Source: Octopus sinensis (lineage: Eukaryota). From it: DNA of 64,000 bases. The stretch is taken from positions 134,850,001 to 134,914,000 of the forward strand of contig NC_042999.1 of NCBI RefSeq assembly GCF_006345805.1, in the 5' to 3' direction. Shown one piece after another: positions 40,365-53,086 of the stretch. The position numbers were made by a program, and so were the translations under genes. The notes beneath the pieces are model-generated. The model searched no databases. It worked only from the letters and a program-made list of their open reading frames with translations, and had not been told where the DNA came from. Each line of letters starts with the position of its first letter. Positions within the stretch are counted from its first letter, which is position 1.

Positions 40365-41029
40365 GTGAGTGAAGAAAAGTTCCGTTTAACTTACATTTTC
40401 TTTTTTGTCTGAAAGTTGATCACATGTCCTTCTATGATTGACTTATCCTCAGTGCAGCAGTGCAGTATGTCACACTCTGTACAGAAACACTGTGTCACAC
40501 TCTCTTTAGCAATACAGTGTCATTTTCGGTAGCACAATACAGTGGTCATTGTCTGTGCGGCAACTCTATTGGCTTCCTATACAGCTACAATATGTGTCAT
40601 TCTAAATACACCAACAGATAGTGGTTTATTCTCTATACACAGAGTATGCCATTCTCTCTACAACAATACATACCGTGAAAAAGAAAGAGACAGAGAAATA
40701 AGGATTTCACTCTAGTATTGACTCCGAATGGAAGAAAGGCTAATTTGACCTCAGAGCGTAGACATCCGAAACTAATACTACAAGACAGTCAAACCGAAGC
40801 TCAAACCACTTGCCTTATACTTACATACATACATACTTTTCGCAGCGAGGCTTAAAGTTCAAAACTTGTAGTTATACCTACATTAAATCATAGTTTATCC
40901 GGTATCACTACCTTGTGCATAATTGTTACATAAATACCGTACATGTTGTAATGATTGTCAATAAATGTATTTATATTAGTTTACAATATTCATTTATTCA
41001 TACTTTAATTTTATTTACAGAGAAACAAA

Positions 41030-41362
41030 ATGAAGTACTTGGTGTTTATTCTAATGTCGCTAGTTGTTTGTGTGGAATGCTACAAATTTTCAGCTGAAAT
41101 TGCAAAATGCTTTGGCGATTATTCAAAGAATATGTTTGATCCGGACAAAAAGATATCTTCATATAAATATTGTATGGATAAAATTTTATTTAATAACCCC
41201 CGTTTAGATACATGGAGTGACTATTTTCCAGACATAAATAATTTTAAAAGAGGAAGTAACAATTCTATGATGGTCAGGGGAATTAGAAAAGAATATAGAA
41301 TGCTCACTCTCGTAGAAAGAGACAATTTTCATCGCGCCATTAATATGTTGAAACAAGATACG
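41030..41362 (+). CDS. Gene A coding exon (exon 2): signal peptide, N-terminal region and RKEYRMLT motif
   Basis: TTTACAG acceptor at 41020 and ACG|GTAAGT donor. Homologous to 63241-63585. Confidence 0.9.
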
Positions 41363-42612
41363 GTAAGTTTTCATATAGAAAATTTGTTCATATCATTTAA
41401 TTCTTTTTCTTCTTTTAACAGGTCATTAACAGATACGTCTTTATTCGATATCAGTTAATTACTAAATTTAATGAACAACTTTTACTGTACTTTGTTACAA
41501 AACGTCAGCAAATTAGTTAATTCTTACACATATACACGTAAAATTCGAGGGTGTATGATGTTCATGGTTTGTCCCAGTGGTGTTGTAAACCAAAGTAAAG
41601 TGAAACATTTATAATAAGTAGCAATTAATTATAAAGTTTAAACCTTAAACGGTAAATATCATCAATTGATGTTTCATTAGAGAACATCAGACATTAACTG
41701 ATGTTTCAAAAATTTTACATAGATACGGCCGCTACCAAATGAAAGTGAACATTTTACGGAACTTTTCAATAATGAAATTGTAAATTTTATTGTGTGCGAG
41801 TCTAACAATTGTTATAATTGTTGTATTTGTTTAAGTGAAAATAAGCCTAAAAATTGCCCTCAAGAAAATTAGCTATTTTTGTCTTTTTTCTCCTCATTTG
41901 GCACACATATTCATGCAAGTTTTTCCACTGTTTAAGAGTTAATTACATTATCGTTGTTACAATAGACGATCTTATAGATTATTAAGCATGTACGTATATA
42001 TGTATGCATGTATGTATGTATGTATGTATGTATGTATGTATGTATGTATGTATGTATGTATGTATGTATGTATGTATGTATGTATGTATGTATGTATGTA
42101 TGTATGCATGCATGCATGCATGTATGTATGTATGTATGTATGTATGTATGTATGTATGTATGCAACGTTATGCTAACTAATGATGTCCACTGTTCTTTTT
42201 ATTTAGAGTATGACTCCAAATAAATACGATGCGATCGCCTTCCTCCATACTGGTCACACGGTTAGAAACGCTCACTCTGGCCCTTCTTTTCTAGTTTGGC
42301 ACAGAATGTACCTTAACATGTAAGTATTTTCTCTTAGATATGAGATTTATTATTTTCGACATTTTTCTACTTTTCTTTCTACTCTAATTTCCTAACAGTA
42401 TTTAATGCGATACTTTACTAATAAATCTTTCATAATTCCTGCAAGACAAGTATAAGTAATACACATGTAATATTAATAGATCTGACTGAATTGAACTGCA
42501 TTTGGAGGCAAGTTACATGAGTTTATTAGTCAGATTTGTACTTAATTGAATATACATGTATCCACAGGTGTGTGCGTGAGCGAGAGAGAGAGAGAGTGTG
42601 TGTGTGTGTGTG

Positions 42613-42644
<32 letters not shown>

Positions 42645-45600
42645 AGCTTTGTTAACATATGCTCGTATATAGGTACATAAGAGCATTTGTATGTGAGTAC
42701 TGCATCTTTGATATTCCGGTTACTCATCAATGACTGTTCGCTATTATTTCAACAAGTGGTTTGAATGTTATTGTTCCCTACATTCTAATTTATCTTCTGC
42801 TGAATAAGCCATTCTAATTTGAATACCGACAATGTTACTCATATATGTAGTACAAAACTCTGGTGGTCACTTACTAAATAATCATGTTCGTTATTTCTTT
42901 ATATTTGACAATTTATTTCAGTGATATCATAGAAATGTTTTACTGTTTTCCTCAATGCTATCATAAGATGTGTTTGTGAAGAAAGTTGAGCTGAAATAAG
43001 GACTTCTAATAAAGAAGATTCGGTAATTTGACACGCACAGAATATTCAGTACATATTACAAAAAAGAATAGAAATTTAATGTATTGCTGATATGATTTAA
43101 GGCATTTCATTACTGATATTAGAAACACACCGATATTCTATTCCGCAAAATACTTATCATCATCACCGTCGTCGTAGTCGTTGTCCTCGTAGTTATCAGC
43201 ATCATCATCATCATCTTCGCTTTATTTATAGCATCATTTTTCTTTTTTTTTTCATTTCCTCAGGATGGAAGACGCTCTTAATGAAAAGGTGTCAGGAGTA
43301 ACAATTCCATATTGGGATCCAACACTTGACAGCTCTCTTGATGATCCTCGAGATTCCATTATCTGGACGGATAAATTCTTGGGAAATATTAATGGAATTG
43401 TTAATTGTGGTCCGTTTGCTAACTGGAGCACACCAGCTGGGCCTCTGATAAGGAATGGTGGTTTTATTAGTAACTTACCAACTACTCGCGACATAAGAAA
43501 TATTCTGAGCCGATGGAGACTTGCAGATATCAGCGAACCAAATGCGATTGGTAAATACAACTTGGAATTTCACCACAATTCTATGCACAATTTTATTGGA
43601 GGACATTTAGGTCAACCAGAAACCTCTCCCATGGATCCAGTTTTCTGGCTAATCCACAGCTATATGGATCTTCTTATGAATCGTTTCAATGAGAACCAAA
43701 AGAAGCACAATGTCGATCCTGCAACAGATTATCCATTAAATTATGGTTTACCAGTTTATGCTCTCGATCACAGTATTGGACTGAAAAATATAACAATCAG
43801 AGAAGCATTAAAACAAACTCAATCTTACAGTTACATTTCTTCATATGACTACGCTATACTTGAGATGCCATGTAACGGAAATCCAGCGGTCCAAGTTTCT
43901 CCTTATCTAACTTGCCACAATGGAAGATATCAGACGAAAACTAGAAAATCAGCTGGTTGCAATGCTCTTATTCCCTATCAGAATATGTTTTGTATTAACC
44001 GTAATTGTGATCTAAAAGAATGGGCATTTATTCCAGTTGAAGTAATTTACGAACGACCTTTCGAAACGATGAAATTTGGAAATTTCCCGATCAGAAATGG
44101 CATACCAGATTTACTGACTGATCTATACGACAATAATGTACCCCAAAATATCTCATCTAGTAACTCTACTTGCCGAAGTAAAAAGTGTTGTGGTCCCGCG
44201 GAAAGAGTCAGTGTGCAAGCCAGTGGCATTAATTATTTTGGTAACTATGAAGAAATGGTGATAGTTGATCGTAGATTAGCTGTATCATCGGATATAGCCT
44301 ACATTGGTATCAGAAGACCTACAACAAACTTCAGTCTGGTATTTACGACAGTTTCAGAACAATGTGGAAGAATATGTCGTCCTTCCTGCTTAGTGCCGGG
44401 TTCAAATCCACCGAAGTACACAGAATGTATAGGTCTGTTGAACTTAACTCACAATGATGCTCATTTCTACGGCAATACTCTGGCAGAAGCTTACATGAAA
44501 GTGTGGGATTATAAAAACCAGATACGACCGAAAGTAAGACACGAGAATATACCAATCGTATACCATTGTGATGACAGCCTGTGGCCATTTAACAACACCG
44601 ACTATACAACAACAACACCATCATCTTCGACAACAGCGTCAACACATACACAAACCACAACTACTACCCCTACCACTACTACAACTCCAACAACTACAAC
44701 ACCAACAACTACAACACCAACAACTACAACACCAACAACAACAAGTTGGGTATGGAGAACATCTACAACACCAACAACAACTAGTGGAAACAGTAATGTC
44801 TGTAAGTATTTCATTTATCCACTCCTTTACTAAACCCATGTCTTTGTGTGGGTTATATTGTAAAAAGCAAAAGTACCTATAATTTATTACTAGATCAATA
44901 GCGTCACTTATTTTTTTACTCTCAACAAGAGATCATGTCTATTCCCATTATCCTTCCGAATATTTTGCATAAATAATTTTTATATACAAGTTGTTGAGAG
45001 ACAGAGGCGGTGGAGGGACGGGTTATCTCTACTTGTTATCTTTACTTCCTGAATGTATCTTTTTTTCTGAATTCAAATTCCATTCAGATCAATTTTGGGT
45101 TTCATCGTTCAGGTGCCGATAAAATAAGACCTGTGTCCTGTGTGTAAAGTTTAATTTATAAGTTTATGTCACTGAAAAGAAGTGTTAAGCCAAACTAAAT
45201 ACTAAATAGTGTAATTTTTTTTTTTTAATCAGAAGTCAGATAACTACGGTTCACTCCACATATACATGATATTGTACCAGTATCTGAAATTGATATGCAA
45301 CTAACATACATAATCATAACTATGATGTATCATAAAAACAAAAAGAAGCGAAAAAAAACTTTGTATTTTGTTGCATACATTTCTAATCATAGCCTTATTA
45401 AATTCTAATTTGCAACATCCCAATAGTCTTTTGTATAAAATTCTTCTAATTGGTTTCAAGCAGCTCAACCTTCTCTTTCTTGGTATGTATATTATTATTG
45501 TCCACAAGATAATTCCGCCGTGGTCGACTTTGCCTTTAATCTTTATGAAGTCGACGGAATAATTACCATTGAAGCACTGGGGTCGATGTTACCACTTACA

Positions 45601-46631
45601 CAATTTCTCCTTCTACACAATTTAAAGCCTTGTGCCTATAGTAGAAACGATCATTATTCACGAGCTACCTATAATGAATATATATATATATATATATAGT
45701 AAAAAAGAACTTCGTTGAAGCGATTATCCCCGCGTGTTAAGTTATAACGCAAAAATATATAATAAAAGAAGGAAGCTGCACACAGTTCACATATATTTTA
45801 AATAGTAGAGTATTGTGATAGTCAACCGGTTTGGTGTTTCGCTAATTATGGCATTATTAAACTATGTGCATTTTTCTTCGTTTATTATATATATTAATAC
45901 TTTATGTGACCGTTGCAATCTGGTTCATTCGAGAATCTTGCACTATGGATTATGAAACTATAATAATCCAAAGTGTGAAACGTCGTTTACTTCTTTAGGA
46001 ATTCATTTCGAAATAAAGTAATTTGAGATTTTGACACAAGGCCAGCAATTTCGGGGGAGTGGATAAGTCGATTACATCGACCCCGGTGTTCCAATGATAT
46101 TTATTTTATCGAAAAGAAATAAATATTTAAATCACCTCGAAAGGATAAAAGGCAAAGTCGACCTCGACATAATTTGAACTCTGAAAGTATAGACGGACGA
46201 AATGCTGCTAAGCAGTTCATCCGTCTTTCTAACTGTTCTATCATAAACCTTTTCATTTGTATTAAGAACAACCAAATGTACTACCCAACTCTAACTTTTT
46301 TTGTTTGTGCCTTGCGTTGACTTCATGATATTTCTTTACAATATACGTAATAAATTCCTGAAAAAATACCATACTAGATATAACGTGACTAATTTTACTC
46401 TCTCTTTCTCTCTTTTTTTCTCTCTTTCTAGTCTGCAAAGTTGATGATTCCTGTATAGTCCCATCGGGATGTAGTTGTAAATTCTTCGAAAAACAACCTT
46501 GTCTGCAAATGTGCTCCAAATATGCTGTATGTTTCAGAGGTTATTATCATGTTTTGCCATGTGGTTATGGTTTTAAATACGACCAACGTCAGCAAAGATG
46601 CGTCCGTGGATACTGCGTACACAGAGGGTAA
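41030..46631 (+). CDS. Gene A: secreted tyrosinase-like protein with Cys-rich CTD, Thr-rich linker and C-terminal ChtBD2-like module; join(41030..41362,42207..42319,43264..44801,46432..46631), 727 aa
   Basis: All introns are GT-AG with compatible phases (0, 2, 1) and the 2184-nt frame is uninterrupted. Signal peptide present. CuA His in FLH, AHSG, WHR. CuB His in HNSMH and WLIH. PYWD motif present. Confidence 0.92.
42207..42319 (+). CDS. Gene A exon 3: CuA site
   Basis: TTTAG|AGT and AT|GTAAGT junctions. Reads SMTPNKYDAIAFLHTGHTVRNAHSGPSFLVWHRMYLN. Too short for the ORF track. Confidence 0.92.
43264..44801 (+). CDS. Gene A exon 4: CuB site, Cys-rich C-terminal domain, Thr/Pro linker
   Basis: CTCAG|G acceptor. 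Contains MEDAL..IPYWD and LEFHHNSMHNFIGG..DPVFWLIH. T|GTAAGT donor. Confidence 0.93.
44604..44786 (+). repeat. Coding Thr/Pro mucin-like repeat (15-nt CCAACAACTACAACA units, PTTTT)
   Basis: In frame within exon 4 of gene A. Confidence 0.85.
46030..46235 (-). mobile_element. Deu/Nin-type SINE in gene A intron 4, with an oppositely oriented fragment at ~45510-45635
   Basis: AAGGCAAAGTCGACCTCG and GATTACATCGACCCC family motifs. Confidence 0.7.
46432..46631 (+). CDS. Gene A terminal exon: 10-Cys peritrophin-A/ChtBD2-like module
   Basis: Long pyrimidine tract + CTAG acceptor, phase 1. Reads FCKVDDSCIVPSGCSCKFFEKQPCLQMCSKYAVCFRGYYHVLPCGYGFKYDQRQQRCVRGYCVHRG*. Confidence 0.88.
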
Positions 46632-47235
46632 CCAAACGCCATAACATCACACTTAATAACCACTTCAACATTCAACATTTGCTGTTAAAATCAACGGTTT
46701 CTGGCGTACTTTTATACTGAACACCTCTGCAATCCATCGATTCGGTTCAGTGCGATTTATAAACAATACATTAATCATAAGCAATACATAAAAAATTATC
46801 AAGATGGACCTTGATTCTGTTGGGTGGCTAAACGCTCTCATAATCACTTACTCACACGATACTAAATTATTTAATATTTACGGTCAGTTAAACATTGAAT
46901 CAACGTTTGTGTCTATACATGTATGCATACATATGTATATATCTATAAAGTATGTGTACACATGTACGTGTATGTATGTATGTATGATGTATGTATGTAT
47001 GTATGTATGTATGTATGTATGTATGTATGAATGCATGTATGTATGTATGTATATTATGTATATATATATGTATGTATGCATATATATATTTATATGTATA
47101 TATATTATATATGTATATTATATATACTTATATGTGTATGTACATATAATGAATATATACGAATATGCATGAGTAAATGAACATGTATATGTGTGTACAT
47201 ATGCGTATGTATATGTGTATATGTCTATCTATCTA

Positions 47236-47279
<44 letters not shown>

Positions 47280-50049
47280 TTATATATATATACATAGATG
47301 TATATACAATTTATATATATACATAGATGTATATATGTATGTATAATCGATTAATATATATATTCACACATATATATACATATATATACACATGTATGTA
47401 TGTATGTATGTATGTATGTATGTATGTATGTATGTATGTATGTATGTATGTGTGTATGTATGCATGCATGCATGCATGAATGTATGTATACATATGTTGG
47501 TATGTATATGTATATATATGCGTGAGTATCTATGTATGTGCGTTCGATTCCCACAGCCGATGTTATTTACACCTTCTCCTCTTTTACAGAGTGTATGTAT
47601 ATGAATGTGTGCATGTGTGAGTGTGTGCGTGCACGTAATATAAATGTTAATGCTGTAGCATTGCCTGTGGGATTCAAGTACCACGTTTATATCCATATTA
47701 ATTATTATTCTGAAAAATCAACGAAATTAATTATCTATTAATCAACTGAACTTTCAAGTAAATGTATACAACACACACACACATGCTAACACACAAACAT
47801 AACTATATTTATACTAATACATACGTATTTATGCAAAAATATTTTAAAATGTATGTGCATATTCACTTTTGTTATAAAAAATATACCTCTATATTATAAG
47901 CGATATAACCTTCATATAAACGATGTGCCTACACGTTATAAAAATTATATCCCATGATATTGAATAATAAAATTATTTATTAAACAAAATATTTGTGTTA
48001 TTGTTTATATCTACTTCTTCGAAGAAGTATCAGTTATGTACTGGAGTCAATTTCATTCAATGAGCTTTTCTCCAGTATATTTAGGGAAGGAGGGTTATGC
48101 TGCATAACAAAATTGTTATTCGTATGCGAAAAGGGCAGAAGAAAATATACATTGAATTCTCAATGTTGGAACCCCCTTGGAAGTAATAGAAGTTTCAGTC
48201 TAAATACAAATTCCGATTAAATATTTATATTTAGGAGTTTGAAAACCAGTGTACCAATGTGTTTTAGTAGATTGACGGTAGAAAGGAGATGTGAAATCAA
48301 TCTTACTTTAGATAGAATGCCAGTTTTTTTTACAACTTACATTTTCATATTACACTGTGCAACATCATTTTTGTCCTTGAGTAGCAACTGTTATTTCATC
48401 TTTGCTTACCCATAGAAAATATGAAAAATGGCTATTTCCTTCAAACATTGCTTTTGTTAGATTTATTCAAACCCTAAACAATTCCTCGCAACACATGGCT
48501 ATGATGCTCTCCCACAACTCCTGCTCATGATCAGAGATGCATATATTGTCAGCCACCAAGGGACAAGCTCAAGTGATTAAAGTCAAGCAACTGGCAAGCA
48601 AATTTGTGGTATTGAGTAGAATATTTGCTATAACGATATTTCTGCTTCAGCAACTCAGCACCGAATCTATCAGGTCAATTTCAAAACATCGATGTCCAAG
48701 TCACAAAAGCAAAGTTTGAAGAGAATAGTAGTCATTTCCTTCGGTTTCTAGATAGAAGTTAATAAGAAACAACACTTAGTGGCCAAAGACAAAAGAAAAT
48801 AATAAAAAGTTTGTTTCACTGTTGTTTGTTGCTTTTTCCTCCTGATAGTTATGAGAAGGATATTTTTGTTAGCTGCTCAGATGAAAAGATGATGTGCCCA
48901 AAGCGTTTTTGCAGATGCTCCCAAATTGGTGAGATCGATATCCTGAAATTATCTACACTGGAGAGAGAATTCAATTCCGTTGGACTGTTGTTTAGCCCCG
49001 TCTAATTCTCAACCCCGTCTAATTCCCAACCCCGTCTAATTTTCAACTCCATCTTTTCTTCAGAATGAGGTCCACCTTTATGAGACAGTGGATTGCTGTG
49101 CGAGAGAGATATCTAATTGTTACTTTTAGCAAGTAAAGAGATTATGTATACGTTCTTTTGTTGGCACAAATTCCATAAAGTTGCAGTTCTAATAAGAAGG
49201 ACTGATTAAAGTGTTTGGCGTGAGATTCGGGAGGTAAAATGTAGCAAGGATAACGAGAAAAAGACAGGTTGAACGTGAACAGAGGAGATACACAGCTGGT
49301 TAATTCAAAGCAGCAGATGTTGGAGTAGATGAAGAAGAGGTAATGAGAAGAAACAGTGTGTCTGTGATCTGGTGATATTGGAATTTTGGTCGTGAATTTT
49401 TCCAATTAGCTAAACAGCCATCTTATGAATTTGATCTACGAAATTAGCGAACATAGCAGTGTATGCAGTTTAGTATGATAGAAAAGGCTTGACCCATAAC
49501 ATTCATTGGCTCACCGAAATTGGTGAGATCGACACGGTTGATGTTCTTCATAAACAGCTACAAGTTAACGGTTACAGAGAAAACATTAGCAGAGAAGGAA
49601 TTCCAGACGGAAAACATTCTGGGGATGAAGGACTGGAAGATCACTCAGTATTGGTCATGAAAGGAGAGACGAGTAGGTTCGGTACGCTCAAATGGAGGTG
49701 TCACGAGACCAACCAGCTCAGACTAGCAGAAGTCACCTTAGTATTAGTAAAAAAAAATGCTGAGAGAGACGACAGCAAGGTTGTGAGCCATTTGAGGTGT
49801 ATCGGTAAATGACACCATGTCACTCAGTTAAATGACTTTTTAAGAGATGCGATCTACAATATTTGAATGTGTAGTAACATGCCATCCCAATGGAATGGAG
49901 CTGCTTCCAAATGAATTTCCCGTGAGTTTTGTATACAGCTGATATATTTTCTGACTCCAAAAGAGAATAAGAGTATTTAGCATGCAGCTTTTTCTATGTT
50001 GAGAATATGAGATCACCAGAAGAGATCTTCAGTGATAGTAGTGCTAAAT

Positions 50050-51700
50050 ATTTGTAGCGAGTTTGAGTATTCTAGTTATTTGATCATCTGCATTGAAGGC
50101 GTTGTTATATAGATTATTGATGCATAGGATGATGATAAGCCTGAACTTTGGGAAGACCGGAATTGACAGAGTGTAATGGAATCTCTGAAGAAGCTTCTGG
50201 TTCATGACTAGAGAAATAGATGGAGAAGATAGGCAAGTAGATCATTGATAAGATTCGTAGTATACACTTTGCTTTTGTTAAGTGTAACAACAAAGTTTTT
50301 ACCAAATTTTTCGAGAAAGGTGATCCTATCTTACTGACCAGTAAGTGATATAGGAGAGAAAGTCATCATTAGATCTGGCTTTATGAAAATCTTATTTTAT
50401 GAAAGATGTTAGCAAATACGGTTTTTTAATTACTCTCTCCATCATATTTGAGGTATTAGAAGTGAGAGTGGAAGAATGATAGTTGACGAAGACCTTCTTG
50501 AGAATGAGACACTGAGTAGTTTTCTTCCAAAGATCAAAACAAATCTTTGGACAGAATTAGAGCGACTGAGGTGTTTGGCCGGAAAGAAGCCACTTCTGAG
50601 GGGCATTGTTTGGGGATAATGGAAAGGATGCTATCACGGCTAGTGACCCTGGCGTGTATGTGTAAATGATGACGAGCCTGATGGATTAAAGAAAGAAAAT
50701 TTATGGTAAAGTTTTATTTAGTGTGCATAGAGAAAAGTTGGATGCAATGTGAAAACTCGAAGGATTTTTCCACTGAGAAGGCTATTTTGTTCAGAAATGA
50801 ATAGAAATAGATTTCTCCAAAATAGACAGATCCATTTGGTAAGGAGCCAAAAGGATGGAATACAGTTTGTGACGCGCCAGAGCTTACTGACTGAGTCATT
50901 CACAAGGCATCTTTTGTGTTTTTGGTCTTGAATCAGTTATAGCGATAGTTAAATGCTGTCCAATTTGTAGCGATGGATTTGGAGTTCAGAAGGAGATAAG
51001 GAAGTTTGGAATGCCTGTGTTGGATGTATGTAGGAAATAAATGGATGCGTGTAGGAAATAAATCAAGTTATGGTGAAGAATAAAGAAATGAAGTGATTCA
51101 TTTTTCTGCGCTAGTCATATCAGTGTAGAAGAAATGCAAGATTCAGACAGTAGTTTGAACATAGAAGTCACTAACAACCATGAGTTGAAAGAAAGGTGAA
51201 GAAAGACAGTTGTTTTCAAAATTAGAAGAGATGTGATTGAAGAGTTGTTAGTGATTAGATGAGCTCGGTCAATAACGCGACAAACATGTACAGAAGGAAG
51301 GCTATGAGCAAAATAATTGGAAAACCTTGTTGATATTCGTTTGAGAAACATGAGTATCAGATCGAGCAGAATCTACATTTGCTGTGAAATTTGAAATTTG
51401 AAACATGAGTATCAGATCGAGCAGAATCTACATTTGCTGTGAAATTTGAATTTAAATTTTAGCCTGGACAGCAGATGTGGGTTAGAGAACAGGGTCAAGA
51501 GATTTATGTCTCAGTGAGAAACGGATATTTCATTTAGGTGCTAACAGAAGGTGATGCATGAGGTATAGTTTGGGAATAGTTACGTATGTTTGAGAATAGA
51601 GGAAATTGTCCACTGTTTTTAACTGAAATATTTATGAAACTGCAGTAGATGTTGGTGTGGCTAGGAACGCCGATAATGCCCTGACAGCGCCATATTCCAA
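50050..51700 (-). mobile_element. Heavily decayed LINE-like fragment, with a 55-bp tandem duplication at ~51345-51450
   Basis: Purine-rich + strand with broken APE/RT-like pieces on the reverse strand. No intact frame. Confidence 0.35.
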
Positions 51701-51908
51701 TTGATTGCAACAAAATGAACTCTGCTAAAGGACCTGAGTTTACATACCCGAAAAATATGGTCATACTAAAGCATGTAGAGAGTTCGCAACTTGAAATATT
51801 TGTCTTTGAGATGTGATTTTCGGAATGTGATATATATATATATATATACACATACATACATACATACATACATACATACATACATACATACATACATACA
51901 TACATACA

Positions 51909-51939
<31 letters not shown>

Positions 51940-51967
51940 TTAAGCACAATACACAAATACAGCAACA

Positions 51968-52359
51968 TAGGCGTAGGAGTGGCTATGTGGTAAGTAGCTT
52001 GCTTACGAACCACATGGTTCTGGGTTCAGTCCCATTGCGTGGCACCTTGGGCAAGTGTCTTCTACTATAGCCTCGAGCCGACCAAAGCCTTGTGAGTGGA
52101 TTTGGTAGACAGAAAGTGAAAGAAGCCCGTCGTATATATGTATATATATGTATGTGTGTGTATATGTTTGTGTCTGTGTTTGTCCCCCCAACAACCGATG
52201 CTGGTGTGTTTACGTCTCCGTAACTTAGCGGTTCGGCAAAAGAGACCGATAGAATAAGTACTAGGCTTACAAAGAATAAGTCCTGGGGTCGGTTTGCTCG
52301 ACTAAAGGCGGTGCTCCAGCATGGCCACAGTCAAATGACTGAAACAAGTAAAAGAGTAA
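51968..52359 (+). mobile_element. tRNA-derived SINE, family 2, full length
   Basis: A-box GTGGCT.TGTGGT, B-box GGTTCAGTCC, core GGCACCTTGGGCAAGTGTCTTCT, tail (AAAAGAGT). Confidence 0.85.
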
Positions 52360-53086
52360 CACTTTGCAGTGGATTTGAATTCACAACATATAAGTAGATT
52401 TTCTAATACATTAACCTTTCTACTGACAAATAATTCAAATAAAAGATTGGAATTCCAGCGTGTCAGAGTTGTGTTTAGACCAATGATTTTATGACTGAAT
52501 ATTATCTATCTTTTAGGTTTTGCACAATTATTTCATTCAGAAAAATCATAATAAAGTATCGAACATGGTAAGGCTAGCATTACCATGTTCGAGTCTTTAT
52601 TCATTCACCAAAATAACTTTCTTTTTTGCATAATGATATGATTCCTCGTGTGTAGAAAACAGGATTTGTAGAAAACAAATCCTGAAAATTCCTAAAAATA
52701 AAAAAGTTATGAGGGGTTTTATGGCGTGCTTAAAGCAGAATTCCACCTGAAATTGTATTGCCTTAGTTCTCATGTGACTGTCTCCTAGCATATATTTAAG
52801 CGCCTCAACATATATTTCACCCATACACGCACGCACAACACTACGAATGTATTTTTCACTATCTTTCTCCAAGAAGACAGTTGTTTATTCACAGTAACAT
52901 AAAAATTTTCCACTTTGTTCTTGCCTCTGTTTCTTGTCGAATTATATACAACCCGCTCGTGACACGAACAACTACGACTTACTCTGTGGCTAAACAGTAA
53001 TTGTCAGTATTTCAACAACAGCTGGTGAAATGAATAGTTACCGTAGAATTTAGATACTCCAAGAAAGCACTATTTTCATATCTCTA

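Noticed and set aside
41363-41458. C-terminal extensions of the ORF-track proteins 41030-41458, 43265-44833 and 63196-63612
   Set aside because: Read-through into introns past strong GTAAGT donors. Paralog similarity at the protein level stops at the donor.
44568-44882. Gln/His-rich alternative-frame ORF and antisense Val/Cys-rich ORFs
   Set aside because: These are shadows of the Thr/Pro repeat in gene A exon 4.
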